Counted from the first letter of the stretch, positions 1 to 10,586 are shown. The stretch: DNA of 64,000 bases from Candidatus Poribacteria bacterium (GCA_965116925.1 OZ220744.1:3264001-3328000); one strand, 5' to 3'. Numbers and translations are program-made. Notes: generated from the letters alone by a model not told the origin.

Positions 1-2
1 CG

Positions 3-320
3 CAAAAAAGCGACAAAATTTCTGATAAGCCTGTATACGATGGTGGCAATAATTTTGGTCGATTTGCACGGACAGGAATAATGGATAGGTATTTGGAAAT
101 CGCCAAAAAAGAGTCTCTCTGTGGGATAAGTGCAGAGCATTGGTTGAGTTTCTTCAAGATTTTCCAAGAACAAAAAGACGAAGAATCCATCAACGCTGAG
201 CTTAATAGACTAAGGACTTTAGTAACTGGTACAGATAGGGAAACCGACCAGCAAATAACTGACGCATTGGAAAAAATCGTGTCAGGTATTGATGACCTGT
301 TGTATCAAAGACAAACATAG
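3..320 (+). CDS. 3' part of an unknown protein, truncated by the window start
   Basis: The frame of ORF 81..320 stays open back to base 3 (QKSDKISDKPVYDGGNNFGRFARTGIM...). No family recognised. Confidence 0.5.
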   Translation, partial: QKSDKISDKPVYDGGNNFGRFARTGIMDRYLEIAKKESLCGISAEHWLSFFKIFQEQKDEESINAELNRLRTLVTGTDRETDQQITDALEKIVSGIDDLLYQRQT

Positions 321-351
321 GATTTAAACCTTGACCTATGGAGATTTCAAA

Positions 352-711
352 ATGCAACTCGAAGATTATTTCGACTTTTTGTCGGAGGACGATATTCGGA
401 TTAAAGGCACACGCATCGACATTGAGAGCGTTCTATACGAGTATATCCATCGTGACCAGGAACCAAAAGCCATCGTGCAGTGCTACCACACGCTTTCTCT
501 GGAACAAGTTTACGCAACGATTCTCTATTATCTGCACAACAAAGAAAGGGTCGGTGCGTATTTGGCAGATTATCTCGAATACTGTCGAAAGTCGAAAGAG
601 GACTACGAAAAAAATTTACCACCTGTAGTGGTGCGACTACGACAACTCAAAGCGGAACGTAAATCGGGGAAGCGAAAATTGTTCATTCACCCGCCGAACC
701 GGACGACATAA
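352..711 (+). CDS. DUF433 domain protein (antitoxin-like)
   Basis: IRIKGTRI.IESVL and LSLEQVYATILYY match DUF433. GGAG precedes ATG352. Confidence 0.85.
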   Translation: MQLEDYFDFLSEDDIRIKGTRIDIESVLYEYIHRDQEPKAIVQCYHTLSLEQVYATILYYLHNKERVGAYLADYLEYCRKSKEDYEKNLPPVVVRLRQLKAERKSGKRKLFIHPPNRTT

Positions 712-801
712 CGTCGTCTCCCGCGTAAAAATGAACCCATGATAATGTATAAACGATATAACAGCCACAGAAATCCGGACGGGTCAATCGGGATTCAAAG
801 C

Positions 802-896
802 AATCTGAATCACAAATTAAACAGATCATACGGAAAACACGGATTCGGAAAAAATCCGTGTAATCCCTTAATCCGCGTCAATCCGCGATTCAGACA
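802..896. repeat. Family K element, ends TCTGAATC...GATTCAGA(CA), with internal AATCCGYGT 9-mer repeats
   Basis: Inverted ends at 804 and 887-896. Related copies or ends at 39420 and 47874-48003. Confidence 0.6.
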
Positions 897-2127
897 ACGT
901 AAACCGCATCCCATTAAATCGCCGCCCCAACGCAGCCGCCCGACGCTTAACCCCTTCGAGGTCATCCCCCCTCAACGCGTCAACGATACAATCCGCAACC
1001 TCCGGCACATCCGCCGCCATCATACCACGTCGAGTCACCTCTTGGACCCCAATCCGTAAGCCGTGCGCCCCCAACTCCGCCGGAACGCTCGCCCCACCGG
1101 CGATGATATTACACGCCTCAAGCTGGTCTGCCATCGCTTTGCTCTCACCAAACTCATCAACAATCGGTATCAATGTGTGCGATTCCGTAAACCCAAGTTC
1201 CTGCCCAAGAAGACGAATCCCCCGCTGGTGTAACGCCCGCCCCAACGCTTTTGCGTTACTGATAATTGCGTCCGCATGTTCAGCACCACAAGCCAGCCAC
1301 TCTAAGAATGTCCCCGCCAACGCCGGCAAACGCCCCAAATGATGGTTGCTCTCAAGCAGAGGCGCAACCGCAGGACCAATCTGTTCCGCAAGCACTCTGT
1401 CATTCGTCAAAATTATCCCACCTTGCGGTCCAGCGAGTGTTTTATGCGTGCTCGAAATAATTACGTCCGCACCCTCCTCAAACGGAGACTGAAACCGTCC
1501 GCCGGCGATCAGTCCCATGACGTGAGCGGCGTCATAGATCAGGTATGAATCGGGGCAGTATCGGTTCATCGCCTCCTTCAGCTCGCGGACAGGCTGCGGA
1601 AAGAGAAACACACCCGACCCAATCGTCACCAATTTGGGACGATGCTTCTCGATGAGCGCGACCGTCTGATCAATGTCGATATTAGACCGAACCCCGTCCC
1701 ACGGAATCTCAATAGATTCGAGCGACACCTTCAACGGGGAGGAGGCTAACTTCTGTGCATACTGATGCCCGTTATGAACCTCCAACGCAATATCGCCGGG
1801 CCTTGCTAGCCCAAAGGTGGTTGCGATGCCCGCGATGTTGCCAGAGAGCGGGCGGAGATCAACATACGCCGCACCGAAGAGTTGCTTTGCCAGTTCCTGC
1901 GCCAATTCCTCGATCTGCACAATGAACCGGTTCCCTTGGTAACTTCGCGCCCGTAGATCTATCCCGCTGTAGTTCCCGTAACGCTGATCTAAATCTTCGA
2001 CCAGCAGCCCCTCCACCAACGGACTCGGAACATTTTCAGACGCGATAAGATTCAGACAATCTCCTCGAAATGTGTTGTGCTGCTCCAATAGGGAGTTAAT
2101 CTCTTTAACTTTTCCATTAAAATCCAT
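868..2127 (-). CDS. Serine hydroxymethyltransferase-like PLP enzyme (divergent GlyA family)
   Basis: LNLIASENVPS, YDAAHVMGLIAGG, SSTHKTLAGPQGG (PLP Lys), GLRIGVQEVTRRG. Confidence 0.85.
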   Translation of the reverse strand: MDFNGKVKEINSLLEQHNTFRGDCLNLIASENVPSPLVEGLLVEDLDQRYGNYSGIDLRARSYQGNRFIVQIEELAQELAKQLFGAAYVDLRPLSGNIAGIATTFGLARPGDIALEVHNGHQYAQKLASSPLKVSLESIEIPWDGVRSNIDIDQTVALIEKHRPKLVTIGSGVFLFPQPVRELKEAMNRYCPDSYLIYDAAHVMGLIAGGRFQSPFEEGADVIISSTHKTLAGPQGGIILTNDRVLAEQIGPAVAPLLESNHHLGRLPALAGTFLEWLACGAEHADAIISNAKALGRALHQRGIRLLGQELGFTESHTLIPIVDEFGESKAMADQLEACNIIAGGASVPAELGAHGLRIGVQEVTRRGMMAADVPEVADCIVDALRGDDLEGVKRRAAALGRRFNGMRFTLSESRIDAD

Positions 2128-2147
2128 AGCAACCTCGTTCTAGACAA

Positions 2148-2214
2148 GTGCGAAGAGAAACCGAGTTTTTTCTTGAAAACTCGGTTTCTTTGCACTATAT
2201 TCTTAACATGAGCC
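2148..2214. repeat. Family F partial copy: AGAAACCGAGTTTT hairpin plus TTAACATGAGCC end
   Basis: Same hairpin and end as the copy at 18129-18215. Confidence 0.7.
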
Positions 2215-2300
2215 ATTGTTTTCACGTTTCATAACCTGTCCCGATTTATCGGGGCATCACGTTTCACGTTATCAACAGCTGCAAACGAGCACCATCGGTT

Positions 2301-3674
2301 CTATAGCTGCCCCGATGTCACATCCCAGTTTTCTAGTAGAGTTTGGTAAGTTGGGGATTCATAACGCGAAAACAGGAACATCGGCGCATATTTGGGGAGT
2401 TCGCCGCCGGTGATATGAGCCGCCAACAACTCACCCGCCGCCTGAGATGTCATAATACCGTAGCCCGACAGCCCCCCAATCACATACGCCCCCTCAACCG
2501 GCAAGGGACCAATCAACGGTCGATTCTCCCACGTCTTACAGTAGTATCCACCATCGGCGTAGGCTCGGCTTCCGTGACCAAAATACGCCGACAGACCGGG
2601 AATCATCCGGGCAAGCCCGCGTATCAGGATTTCGGGATAATCTGGATCAAACGTGGGGGGCCAAACGGGCGGTTGGGGTTCAATATCATACGTCCAAATG
2701 GCGAGAAGCACATGCGTGTTGCCGTCCATACGTGACCGGAAGTGAACGCCAAACGGAAATTCATCGAGCAGCCAACGGGTCTCGTCATCCGCAGCAAACT
2801 TTTCACGCTCTGCATCAGTCCAAGGCAGCTTAATCGGATCGCTCCAAAACAACAGCGGTGTGTCCGTCGGCACAATTCCCAACTCATCTCGGAGAGCAAT
2901 TTTGCCGTGCAGTTCGTTGAAAACGGGGAGGTCCACCCCTACCATTGCGCCCACCTCTTTGAGATACGGTCCCGCAGCGATCACAAAGGTGCCGGTATTG
3001 ATACAATCCCCGGATTGAAGTTGAACCTCCGTAACCCGATTGTCAGTGACGGTAACACCCCTTACGCGATCCCGGACAAGACGAACGCCAGCGCGTTGTG
3101 CTTCTGCTAACAACCATTTACCCAGTTTTTGAGCGTCTAACCAGCCTGCGCGACGGACATGCAACGCCGCTACCGCATCCTCCGTTACAGCCGGAAAATG
3201 TTCCCGGACGAGATCCGGCGAGAGAAGCAGATCCACGCCGGTGGGAAGCCCCTCAAAGCCTTCGGACGGTGAGGGTATGTAAGGGGTGGGACCCGGATGC
3301 TCCCGAACCGGTCCCGCACCGAGGGCAGAAGTCTCAGCAGCCGCATACTTCATAATGGGGATTTGACCCTCATCTGCTGTCAGGAAAACATAACCGCGGC
3401 GGTTCATTTGGAAACAGTTGTCTGTCTCTTGCGCCAGTTCCTCTAACAGATCAATGGAACGATTCACGAAATGCACCATCGTATCACCGGGACCAGGCCA
3501 CCAATTCCGATATGCCTCTGTCCCTTTATTGCTCGTCAGCGTCAACGGCTCCCGTTCATCAACGAGGACAATGTTCGTAACTCCACCCCTGACCGCTAAG
3601 TGATACGCCGCCGCAATCCCAGCCATCCCCGCACCACAAATAACAACCTCTGAACTTATACTTGTCACACCCAA
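2301..3674 (-). CDS. FAD-dependent oxidoreductase (DAO / sarcosine oxidase beta-like)
   Basis: VVICGAGMAG Rossmann motif, RPLIGP, GLSGYGIMTSQAAGEL. Confidence 0.9.
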   Translation of the reverse strand: MGVTSISSEVVICGAGMAGIAAAYHLAVRGGVTNIVLVDEREPLTLTSNKGTEAYRNWWPGPGDTMVHFVNRSIDLLEELAQETDNCFQMNRRGYVFLTADEGQIPIMKYAAAETSALGAGPVREHPGPTPYIPSPSEGFEGLPTGVDLLLSPDLVREHFPAVTEDAVAALHVRRAGWLDAQKLGKWLLAEAQRAGVRLVRDRVRGVTVTDNRVTEVQLQSGDCINTGTFVIAAGPYLKEVGAMVGVDLPVFNELHGKIALRDELGIVPTDTPLLFWSDPIKLPWTDAEREKFAADDETRWLLDEFPFGVHFRSRMDGNTHVLLAIWTYDIEPQPPVWPPTFDPDYPEILIRGLARMIPGLSAYFGHGSRAYADGGYYCKTWENRPLIGPLPVEGAYVIGGLSGYGIMTSQAAGELLAAHITGGELPKYAPMFLFSRYESPTYQTLLENWDVTSGQL

Positions 3675-3875
3675 ATCCCTCCCTCAGAACCAGTGTTCGA
3701 TTCTTGCTTTCACGTTCATAATTCATCTGAATCTAACATAGGGCATCGACTGAAAAATGTCAAGCGAAAATTAGGGGTTAGACATCGGAAATCTCTTGTC
3801 CAAACCCATGAAATCGGTTATCCTTTTCTCCAATAACCCAAGCTGCTACCTAATTGAAGATCTATCTGTTTTCTC

Positions 3876-3985
3876 GTAGGGGCGGGGTTCCCCCGCCCGT
3901 AAAATCAGTCTTTCGCTCCAGAGGAGCGAGATGTCTATAGACCGGCGATAGGGGTAATCCCTGCGCTCCAGAGGAGCGCAATATT
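3876..3985. repeat. GTAG-REP hairpin plus two GCTCCAGAGGAGC hairpins
   Basis: gtaggggcggggttcccccgccc. gctccagaggagcg occurs twice; related copies at 47371-47490. Confidence 0.7.
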
Positions 3986-4042
3986 TATAGCAATAAACCA
4001 ATGAACCAATAAACTTTATCATTTCCACGAAGGAGAAAAAAC

Positions 4043-4879
4043 ATGACATACATCGACGCACACGTGCACGTTTGGACAGACGATTTTGATCGCTACCCTC
4101 TCAGTCCACCGTTTCAGGAAAGCGATATGCACCCCAAAACCTTCTACCCCGAAGAACTCCTCGCCCACGCCGAACCATCGGGCGTCAATCGAATTGTGCT
4201 AATCCAGATGAGTTACTACCAGTTTGATAACACCTACATGCTCGATGTGATGGACGGGTATCCGGGCGTTTTCTCAGGAACTGCTATCGTTGATTGGGAG
4301 GCGGAAAGACCCGATGAAACGATGCTAGAGCTTGCCGAGAGGGGTGTCCGCGCATTTCGTATCTATCCGACGGATGCGCCAATCGAGAATTGGTTGGACG
4401 GACCAGGATTTGAGCGGATGTTTGCCACAGGCGCAGCGCACAACCTCGCCATCTGTCCGCTAATTAATCCAGATGCCTTGCCCGCTCTCAGTAGACAGTG
4501 TGAACGATTTCCAGATACGCCAGTCATCATCGACCATTTCGCTCGGATCGGCGCAGACCAACCAATCTGTGAGGAGCATATCGACCAACTGTGTGCAATG
4601 GCGAAACACCCAAAGGCAATGGTGAAGATTTCCGCCTTTTACGCACTCGGTGAAAAAGCACCGCCCTATGATGACCTTGAACCAATGATTCGTCGTGTGT
4701 ATGAGGCGTTTGGATCCGAGCGACTGATGTGGGCAAGCGACTGCCCCTTCCAAGTCGTTGATCACACCTATGAGGACAGCCTCTTCCTGATACGGGATAG
4801 ATTGGATTTTCTCTCCGAATCGGATAAAGACCAGATCCTCCGAAAAACCGCAGAGGATTTCTTCTTTCCAGGAACCTAA
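4043..4879 (+). CDS. Amidohydrolase family 2 protein
   Basis: IDAHVHVW, IIDHFAR, RLMWASDCP; AAGGAG RBS. Confidence 0.9.
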   Translation: MTYIDAHVHVWTDDFDRYPLSPPFQESDMHPKTFYPEELLAHAEPSGVNRIVLIQMSYYQFDNTYMLDVMDGYPGVFSGTAIVDWEAERPDETMLELAERGVRAFRIYPTDAPIENWLDGPGFERMFATGAAHNLAICPLINPDALPALSRQCERFPDTPVIIDHFARIGADQPICEEHIDQLCAMAKHPKAMVKISAFYALGEKAPPYDDLEPMIRRVYEAFGSERLMWASDCPFQVVDHTYEDSLFLIRDRLDFLSESDKDQILRKTAEDFFFPGT

Positions 4880-4883
4880 GTTA

Positions 4884-5100
4884 TAGTAGTAGGCACACTC
4901 CGTATGCCGTAATTCAGGAGCGGTTATAGTAGTAGGCACACTCCATGTGCCGTAATCTGCACCCATCTCCGTAGGCGGGGCATCTTGCCCGACCGATAGC
5001 CCAGTTTTGTAGGTTGGGTTGAACGGCAGTGAAACCCAACATAATGAACCAATGAACTAATGAACAACTCGTTTTCACGTTTCACGCATCACGTTTCACG
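4884..5100. repeat. Cluster of GTAG-REPs plus octamer and heptamer short tandem repeats
   Basis: tagtagtaggcacactcc...gccgtaa twice; gtaggcggggcatcttgcccg; gtaggttgggttgaac...aaacccaac; (AACCAATG)n; (TTTCACG)n. Confidence 0.8.
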
Positions 5101-5122
5101 CTTTTTGCGTTTGCACTTTCCT

Positions 5123-5536
5123 TAGGACTTACGCACTTCAGTTTTAAGAGTAAAAACGGACGCAGATCTCGCAGATAAAGGTAGCATGAGCGAGATTAAA
5201 AAGGTTACGTTTTGCCTGCGAAAATCAAATTTTCCCATTTTTCCCGCGCAAATGGGAAAATTGTCCCTATTTCAGCATGAAACGTTTTGTCATAGACCTT
5301 CAATCGTATTACAAACAGTTACAAACAATTACATTTTATCGTTGGGATTCTTATTGTTGATTGCAGATTGAGTAGGAGTTACGCACTTCCGTAGGGAACG
5401 CAGATCTGCGTTCCCTACGAACTCCTTGATGGTGCCTCCACTGTAGTTGCCCGATTCATCGGGTGTTGGACATTGTGTTCTGCGGCGATAAATCGCCGAA
5501 CTACAGGGTTTTGAGCACTCAACTGCGTAAGTCCTA
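5123..5536. mobile_element. Family E MITE / IS remnant, TIR TAGGACTTACGCA...TGCGTAAGTCCTA, with REP cargo
   Basis: Perfect 13-bp inverted ends, a second left end at 5373, and a perfect 28-bp palindrome at 5391-5418. Confidence 0.75.
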
Positions 5537-5755
5537 TTTCCTTCTACAGGCGCCCCAGAGGAAATTCCTTGCCCAATACCACAAAATCGGTTATCCTGTT
5601 TCCTGATCGACACGTTTTACACTTTCTTTTTTTATAAGCCTCCTAGATTGCACTTCCAAACTCAACTGCGCCAATGAACCTGACCAACGTTCTTCACATT
5701 TCACGTTTCACGTTTTGCAATTTCTTTTTCGATGAGCCATAGGAGATAATAACTG

Positions 5756-6685
5756 ATGACAGACTATCGCTTCAAAGTTGGAATGGACCTTCAGATGACA
5801 GGCTTACCTTACGTCGAGGCACTTGCCCTCGCTCAGGAACTCGACGCAAAGTATGGGTGGTTTGGCTTCCTCGACTGGGCAATCGACGGCGAGATCACCG
5901 ATGCTGCGGTTGATGAGATGGGCGAACAAGCAGCCCGGCACGGAGTCGAACTATTCATGATCGGTGCCGGAGGTTCCTTCAGCAAACTGCATCTCGAAGA
6001 TCTGGAGTTGGAAACACTACAAGACCATCCAGAGTTTCAGGAGGATTTCAATCGCCTGATTCAGACAATGGGTGTTGCCAACCGGCTCGGTGTGAGTTCG
6101 GTGCTGTCCTACACCTTCGCATGGCCCGGCGAATACTCCGCTCAGAAGCCGACTTGGCCCATGCGCTGGCTGACGCGCGGCGGTGTCATCGCCGACGTCG
6201 ATATGGAGAAGTTGGTCAAAGTCTTCTCACTCGTGGCGGCGCAAGCAGAGCAGCACGATATCGACGTGGTGCTTGGCAATTTGCCGTGGCACTATACCAA
6301 CACGACCCGCCACTGTCGGGAACTAATTGAGCAAGTCGGTTCCAAACGGCTCAAGATTATGTGGCATCCGTCCGACAACCATACCGCGGGCGAATCGGAT
6401 TCAGCGACCGCGGGCTTTATTAATGTGCGTCCCTACCTCCATTCACTCCACGTAAAAGATCTCGAAGTCCTTGATGGACTGAAAAATAATTTTGAATACT
6501 GTCCGCTTGGCGAAGGCGATGTCGATTACCCGACGGTACTGCGAAATCTGCGTGACCACCGCTGCGATGTGGTCTTTGCTGTCGCCACCCATTTTAAGTC
6601 GCCGAGCGGTTCCGGCGCAGACGCGATGCGAATCAACTTCGCCAAAATCAGACCGCTTATTGAACAGGTAGAATCAGGCGGATAA
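5756..6685 (+). CDS. Sugar phosphate isomerase/epimerase (xylose isomerase-like TIM barrel)
   Basis: LHSLHVKD, PLGEGDVDYP; AGGAG RBS. Confidence 0.8.
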   Translation: MTDYRFKVGMDLQMTGLPYVEALALAQELDAKYGWFGFLDWAIDGEITDAAVDEMGEQAARHGVELFMIGAGGSFSKLHLEDLELETLQDHPEFQEDFNRLIQTMGVANRLGVSSVLSYTFAWPGEYSAQKPTWPMRWLTRGGVIADVDMEKLVKVFSLVAAQAEQHDIDVVLGNLPWHYTNTTRHCRELIEQVGSKRLKIMWHPSDNHTAGESDSATAGFINVRPYLHSLHVKDLEVLDGLKNNFEYCPLGEGDVDYPTVLRNLRDHRCDVVFAVATHFKSPSGSGADAMRINFAKIRPLIEQVESGG

Positions 6686-6695
6686 GGAGGGAACG

Positions 6696-7745
6696 ATGGC
6701 AAACCAACTGAACGTTGCAATCATCGGTTGTGGCGGCATCAGCGGCTCACATATACCGAACATCCTGAAAACGCCAGAGATCCGTCTCGTCGCCACGATG
6801 GATGTTATTGAGGAGGGGGTAAGTAGGAACGGGCGGCGGGTCGGGGCACGGGTGCGTGCCGAAGAAGGGAACGCAGACTACTACACAACCGACCTCAACC
6901 GTATACTCTCCGATCCCGAAATAGATGCGGTGCTCATCTGTTCAACCCACGACACCCATGCAGACATCGCTATCAAAGCCTGTGCTGCGGGCAAACACAT
7001 CTTCGCCGAGAAACCGTTGGCGATGACGCTGGATGAAGCGCGTCGAGTCCAGCAAGCCGTGCACGAGTCGGGGGTACAGCTGATGAGCGGTTGGTGGTTC
7101 AAGCATTCGCCGGTAACCAAACGGCTGCGCGAGGTTATCCCTCAACCGTACTATACCCTCTTCACCTGCCGTGTCTCTTACGACAAACCGAACGATCCCG
7201 AAGGCCCCTACGGCCGCGACGGCATCCTCGACAACTCCGGCTACAATCTCCACTGGATTTGGCACATCATGCGTTCGCAACCGGTGGAGATCCTTGCCAT
7301 GGGCTACAATGGACAGCCGACAAACACCAGCACAATCACTGTTCGCTTCGCCAACGGCGGGATCGGGACCTCTGTCTTCAGCACCGTCGGCAGCGGCGGA
7401 GCCCTCCCCAAACACTACGCCGAAGTCTTGGCTGGGGCAGTAAGTGCAGCAACAATTCGCTTCGGAAACCTCACATTCCAAGGGACTGACGAGCCAGGCA
7501 TCGAACATAACGAATATCACAACGGCTTCGACGAGGAGATGGGTATGTTCGCCCGACTATGCCTTGAGGGCGGCCCAAGTCCGATGGATGCGTGGGAAGC
7601 CTGTATACCGACGCTCATCTTTGAGAAGGCGATTGAATCGATGCGGACACATCAGCCGGTGTCTGTAAACATCGAGGACGAATTCTACCTGCCCGACGGA
7701 AAATTACCCGCCAGCATCGAAAACTTCGGCGATGTGAGAGATTGA
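6696..7745 (+). CDS. Gfo/Idh/MocA oxidoreductase
   Basis: VAIIGCGGIS, GKHIFAEKPLA. Confidence 0.9.
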   Translation: MANQLNVAIIGCGGISGSHIPNILKTPEIRLVATMDVIEEGVSRNGRRVGARVRAEEGNADYYTTDLNRILSDPEIDAVLICSTHDTHADIAIKACAAGKHIFAEKPLAMTLDEARRVQQAVHESGVQLMSGWWFKHSPVTKRLREVIPQPYYTLFTCRVSYDKPNDPEGPYGRDGILDNSGYNLHWIWHIMRSQPVEILAMGYNGQPTNTSTITVRFANGGIGTSVFSTVGSGGALPKHYAEVLAGAVSAATIRFGNLTFQGTDEPGIEHNEYHNGFDEEMGMFARLCLEGGPSPMDAWEACIPTLIFEKAIESMRTHQPVSVNIEDEFYLPDGKLPASIENFGDVRD

Positions 7746-7758
7746 ATTGACATCCGTT

Positions 7759-7915
7759 TCTAGGGCGTGTTGACATTCGTAGGGGCGAGGTTTCCTCGCC
7801 CAACGGGTTGGGGAACCCAACCCCTACAGGAATCGACCTAATGTAGGGGCAACCCTTGTGGTCGCCCTGTGATCTGGAGATTGTCTGTGTTGTGGGCCGA
7901 CTTAACATGAGCGAA
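7759..7915. repeat. Family D end (CTAGGGCGTGTTGACA), REP doublet, REP and family F end
   Basis: gtaggggcgaggtttcctcgccc...aacccctac followed by gtaggggcaacccttgtggtcgccc; the same pair recurs at 54691-54780. Confidence 0.7.
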
Positions 7916-7970
7916 CATAATGCGTAACCCTCTGCGATTTTCATCCCGTGTGGGAAATGGAGTCTTTCAG

Positions 7971-8525
7971 ATGAAAGAAGGTCAAATCATTAGAACAATC
8001 CAAAACAACGGCGAAACCGTTACCTTCCGCTACCCCCGATGGCAGGATGTCCCCGCGTACGTCGAGATGTGCAATATCCTACACCAAGAGCGGGTGATGG
8101 CATACCACGCAGAGACCAGCTTCGCCAAGGGTTGTGAAAGACTGAGTGGGATCCTTGTCGATCTGGAAACCGGAAAACGCTCACATCTTCTAATAGAAAT
8201 AGATGGGGAGATCGTCGGAGAAGGCAGCTTGCAACTCGACACCGCACATCGGATGGGAACGCTGGGAATCAAAATCATCGGCAGGTGTCGCAGACGCGGA
8301 CTGGGCAGGGAAATGATGCTGCTCTTGGAAGCGGAAGGTCGAAAGTTCGGTTTGCGCCGGATCTACCTGCACGTCTGGCATCTGAACGAAGCTGCCATTA
8401 GCCTGTATCAGAAGATCGGATACCGAGAAGTAGGGCGCGTACCCGAATGGTACAGCATGAGAGATGACGACGGCAACCTCGTGTATTCAGATCTCATCGA
8501 AATGATAAAGGACATCGGTGGTTAA
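7971..8525 (+). CDS. GNAT family N-acetyltransferase
   Basis: RRRGLGREMM acetyl-CoA motif, NEAAISLYQKIGY. Confidence 0.85.
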   Translation: MKEGQIIRTIQNNGETVTFRYPRWQDVPAYVEMCNILHQERVMAYHAETSFAKGCERLSGILVDLETGKRSHLLIEIDGEIVGEGSLQLDTAHRMGTLGIKIIGRCRRRGLGREMMLLLEAEGRKFGLRRIYLHVWHLNEAAISLYQKIGYREVGRVPEWYSMRDDDGNLVYSDLIEMIKDIGG

Positions 8526-8661
8526 ACTTAATGCTGGCGGGAGTTGCACACTTCAACTCCAATTTTATCGGGATTTTATGAATGAAGCGTGAAACGTGAT
8601 GCGTGAGAGGCTTGGTTTATCACGGTTCATGTTTATTTGTCTTGAGCGTTCAGCAGCTGTC

Positions 8662-9648
8662 CTACTTTGTTACCTTTATCTCGCCCCAACGTGTCGGAGC
8701 CAGTCCTTGCAGTGAGACTGGTAGTCGTGGATCCCATTCGTGGGGACCGAGATCGTCTTGGGGATGATTGGTCAACTGGGTCAGCTGCCCATCCTGAAGG
8801 CGGAAACGGTAAATCTCCCAATTATTGCCATCCTTTCTGAAGGTTACTGCCCGATTTCTGCCTGCAAAGAGGATTGATTCCCCATCGGTGGACCAGGTTT
8901 CGCTTGTCATATCCCATTGAGGCAATGGCACCGGCTCCCGCTTGACCGCCTCTTGTCTTCCCGACGGATGGAGCGTAGCAATCACCGCAAACGACTTGTT
9001 TGAATCAAAGCCAATCGTTTCTACATACAGCACCTTTTTCCCATCCGGCGACCACCCGCCCAAAAGTATTTCTGTATTCGGCTTCGGTTGAGAGACTCGC
9101 CACAGCCCCCTGCCATCGGGACGAATCGCGTAAATCTGCCGGCCTTGGCCAATATTGCCTTCAAAGAGAATCTGTTTCCCATCCGGCGACCATTGCGGAT
9201 TCGTGGCAAACTCGAAGCGTGTTACCTGCTTCACCCGACTCCCATTGGCATCCATCACGAAGATATTGAGACGATGATTTTCATCGGCATTCTGCTTGCT
9301 ACGAAACGCAATCTGACTTCCGTCCGGCGACCAGTAGGGATAGCCATCAGATGCAGGATGCTGGGTCAGGTTGTGTTGATTGCTTCCATCGGCGTCCATC
9401 ACATATATCTCCCAATTTCCGTCGCGTTTACTATGGAACGCGATCTGTTGTCCGTTGGGAGACCAAACGGGGGAAGAATCACTCGCCTCGTTGAACGTTA
9501 GTCGTGTTGGGTTACTCCCGTCGGAGTGCATCGTGTAGACTTCGGTGTTTCCATCCCGATGGGAATAAAATACAATTTTGCCCCAAAGGGGAGACGTGAC
9601 AAGCCAAAGACAAACCACGAGGATAATAATTCGCATAGTAACCCTCAC
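8662..9648 (-). CDS. Secreted TolB/PD40 beta-propeller protein with WGxIK tail
   Basis: Signal peptide, repeated PxWSPDG, C-terminus LPVSLQGLAPTRWGEIK. Confidence 0.9.
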   Translation of the reverse strand: MRVTMRIIILVVCLWLVTSPLWGKIVFYSHRDGNTEVYTMHSDGSNPTRLTFNEASDSSPVWSPNGQQIAFHSKRDGNWEIYVMDADGSNQHNLTQHPASDGYPYWSPDGSQIAFRSKQNADENHRLNIFVMDANGSRVKQVTRFEFATNPQWSPDGKQILFEGNIGQGRQIYAIRPDGRGLWRVSQPKPNTEILLGGWSPDGKKVLYVETIGFDSNKSFAVIATLHPSGRQEAVKREPVPLPQWDMTSETWSTDGESILFAGRNRAVTFRKDGNNWEIYRFRLQDGQLTQLTNHPQDDLGPHEWDPRLPVSLQGLAPTRWGEIKVTK

Positions 9649-10586
9649 TTGGACACCGCTCTAGCCTTGATGTGCCCCCATGTTCGCGGGAACATCTGTT
9701 GTTTGAGGGAGACCGATAGCCTCCGCCCCCACTCTTGGAGACTATAATCACCGAAAGGCGCGTCCGTCAACTGTATCAATTCATGGGTGTCAAGGCGGAC
9801 ACGGAAGCTGCTTGCCCTGCCATCGTTACTTCCCACAAAGAGTATTGAGCGTCCGTCTGCGCCAAAGCTAACTGATTGAATTGCCAACATTGGGGGGATA
9901 GGCACCTCCGCCTCCATCACCACGTTCAGTAGATCCATATCCAGTGTAGCGACAACGATGCGATCTCCCGCTGCGCCCCATTCTAGATAGACAATCCGCC
10001 TCCCGTCAGGCGACCAACCGCCCAACCACTTCGGCTCACCGAGCCGGTGTTTGGCGACAATCCGCTTGTCCGACCCGTCCGGACGGATCGCATGGAGATC
10101 GCCCTGCCCCTTAAAGAGAATCCACTGCCCGTCAGGTGACCACTTCGGTGACTGCGCGTTAAAGTCGAAGTCAGTCACCTTTCGCACAAATCTGGTGACC
10201 GGGTCCACCGTGTAGATATTCGCATGGCGGTCGGGCGCGTCCCCCGTGAATCTGTCGAAGGCTATCAGCTTCCCATCGGGAGACCAGTCGGGGTGGAGAT
10301 CTTGCTCGTTGTTTTTGTGTCTCGTCAATTGACGGAGGTTCTCTCCGTCGGTGTCTATCACATAGATGTGAGAGTCCCTGTTAAACGCAATCTGGCGTCC
10401 GTCGGGAGACCACGTTGGGGAGAAACTGTCATGTCGGTTATTCGTAATCTGTATCGGCTCCCCGCCATCGGTATTTATCGTAAAGATTTCGTATCTTGCG
10501 TCATCACGATGGGACGAAAACACTATCTTGGCATATAGAGGGCTCGTGGCAAACCAGAAGCAAGCCACGAGGGTAACGACTCGCAT
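9645..10586 (-). CDS. Secreted TolB/PD40 beta-propeller protein with WGxIK tail
   Basis: Signal peptide, WSPDG repeats, C-terminus LSVSLKQQMFPRTWGHIK. Confidence 0.9.
   Translation of the reverse strand: MRVVTLVACFWFATSPLYAKIVFSSHRDDARYEIFTINTDGGEPIQITNNRHDSFSPTWSPDGRQIAFNRDSHIYVIDTDGENLRQLTRHKNNEQDLHPDWSPDGKLIAFDRFTGDAPDRHANIYTVDPVTRFVRKVTDFDFNAQSPKWSPDGQWILFKGQGDLHAIRPDGSDKRIVAKHRLGEPKWLGGWSPDGRRIVYLEWGAAGDRIVVATLDMDLLNVVMEAEVPIPPMLAIQSVSFGADGRSILFVGSNDGRASSFRVRLDTHELIQLTDAPFGDYSLQEWGRRLSVSLKQQMFPRTWGHIKARAVSK

Noticed and set aside
3..320. Type II restriction endonuclease C-terminus
   Set aside because: Composition is suggestive, but no catalytic motif is visible in the fragment; left as unknown.
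4884..4955. Spaced direct repeats (also 43108-43180) as a mini CRISPR array
   Set aside because: Only two units, spacers about 12-15 bp, GTAG-hairpin structure and no cas genes; these are tandem REPs.
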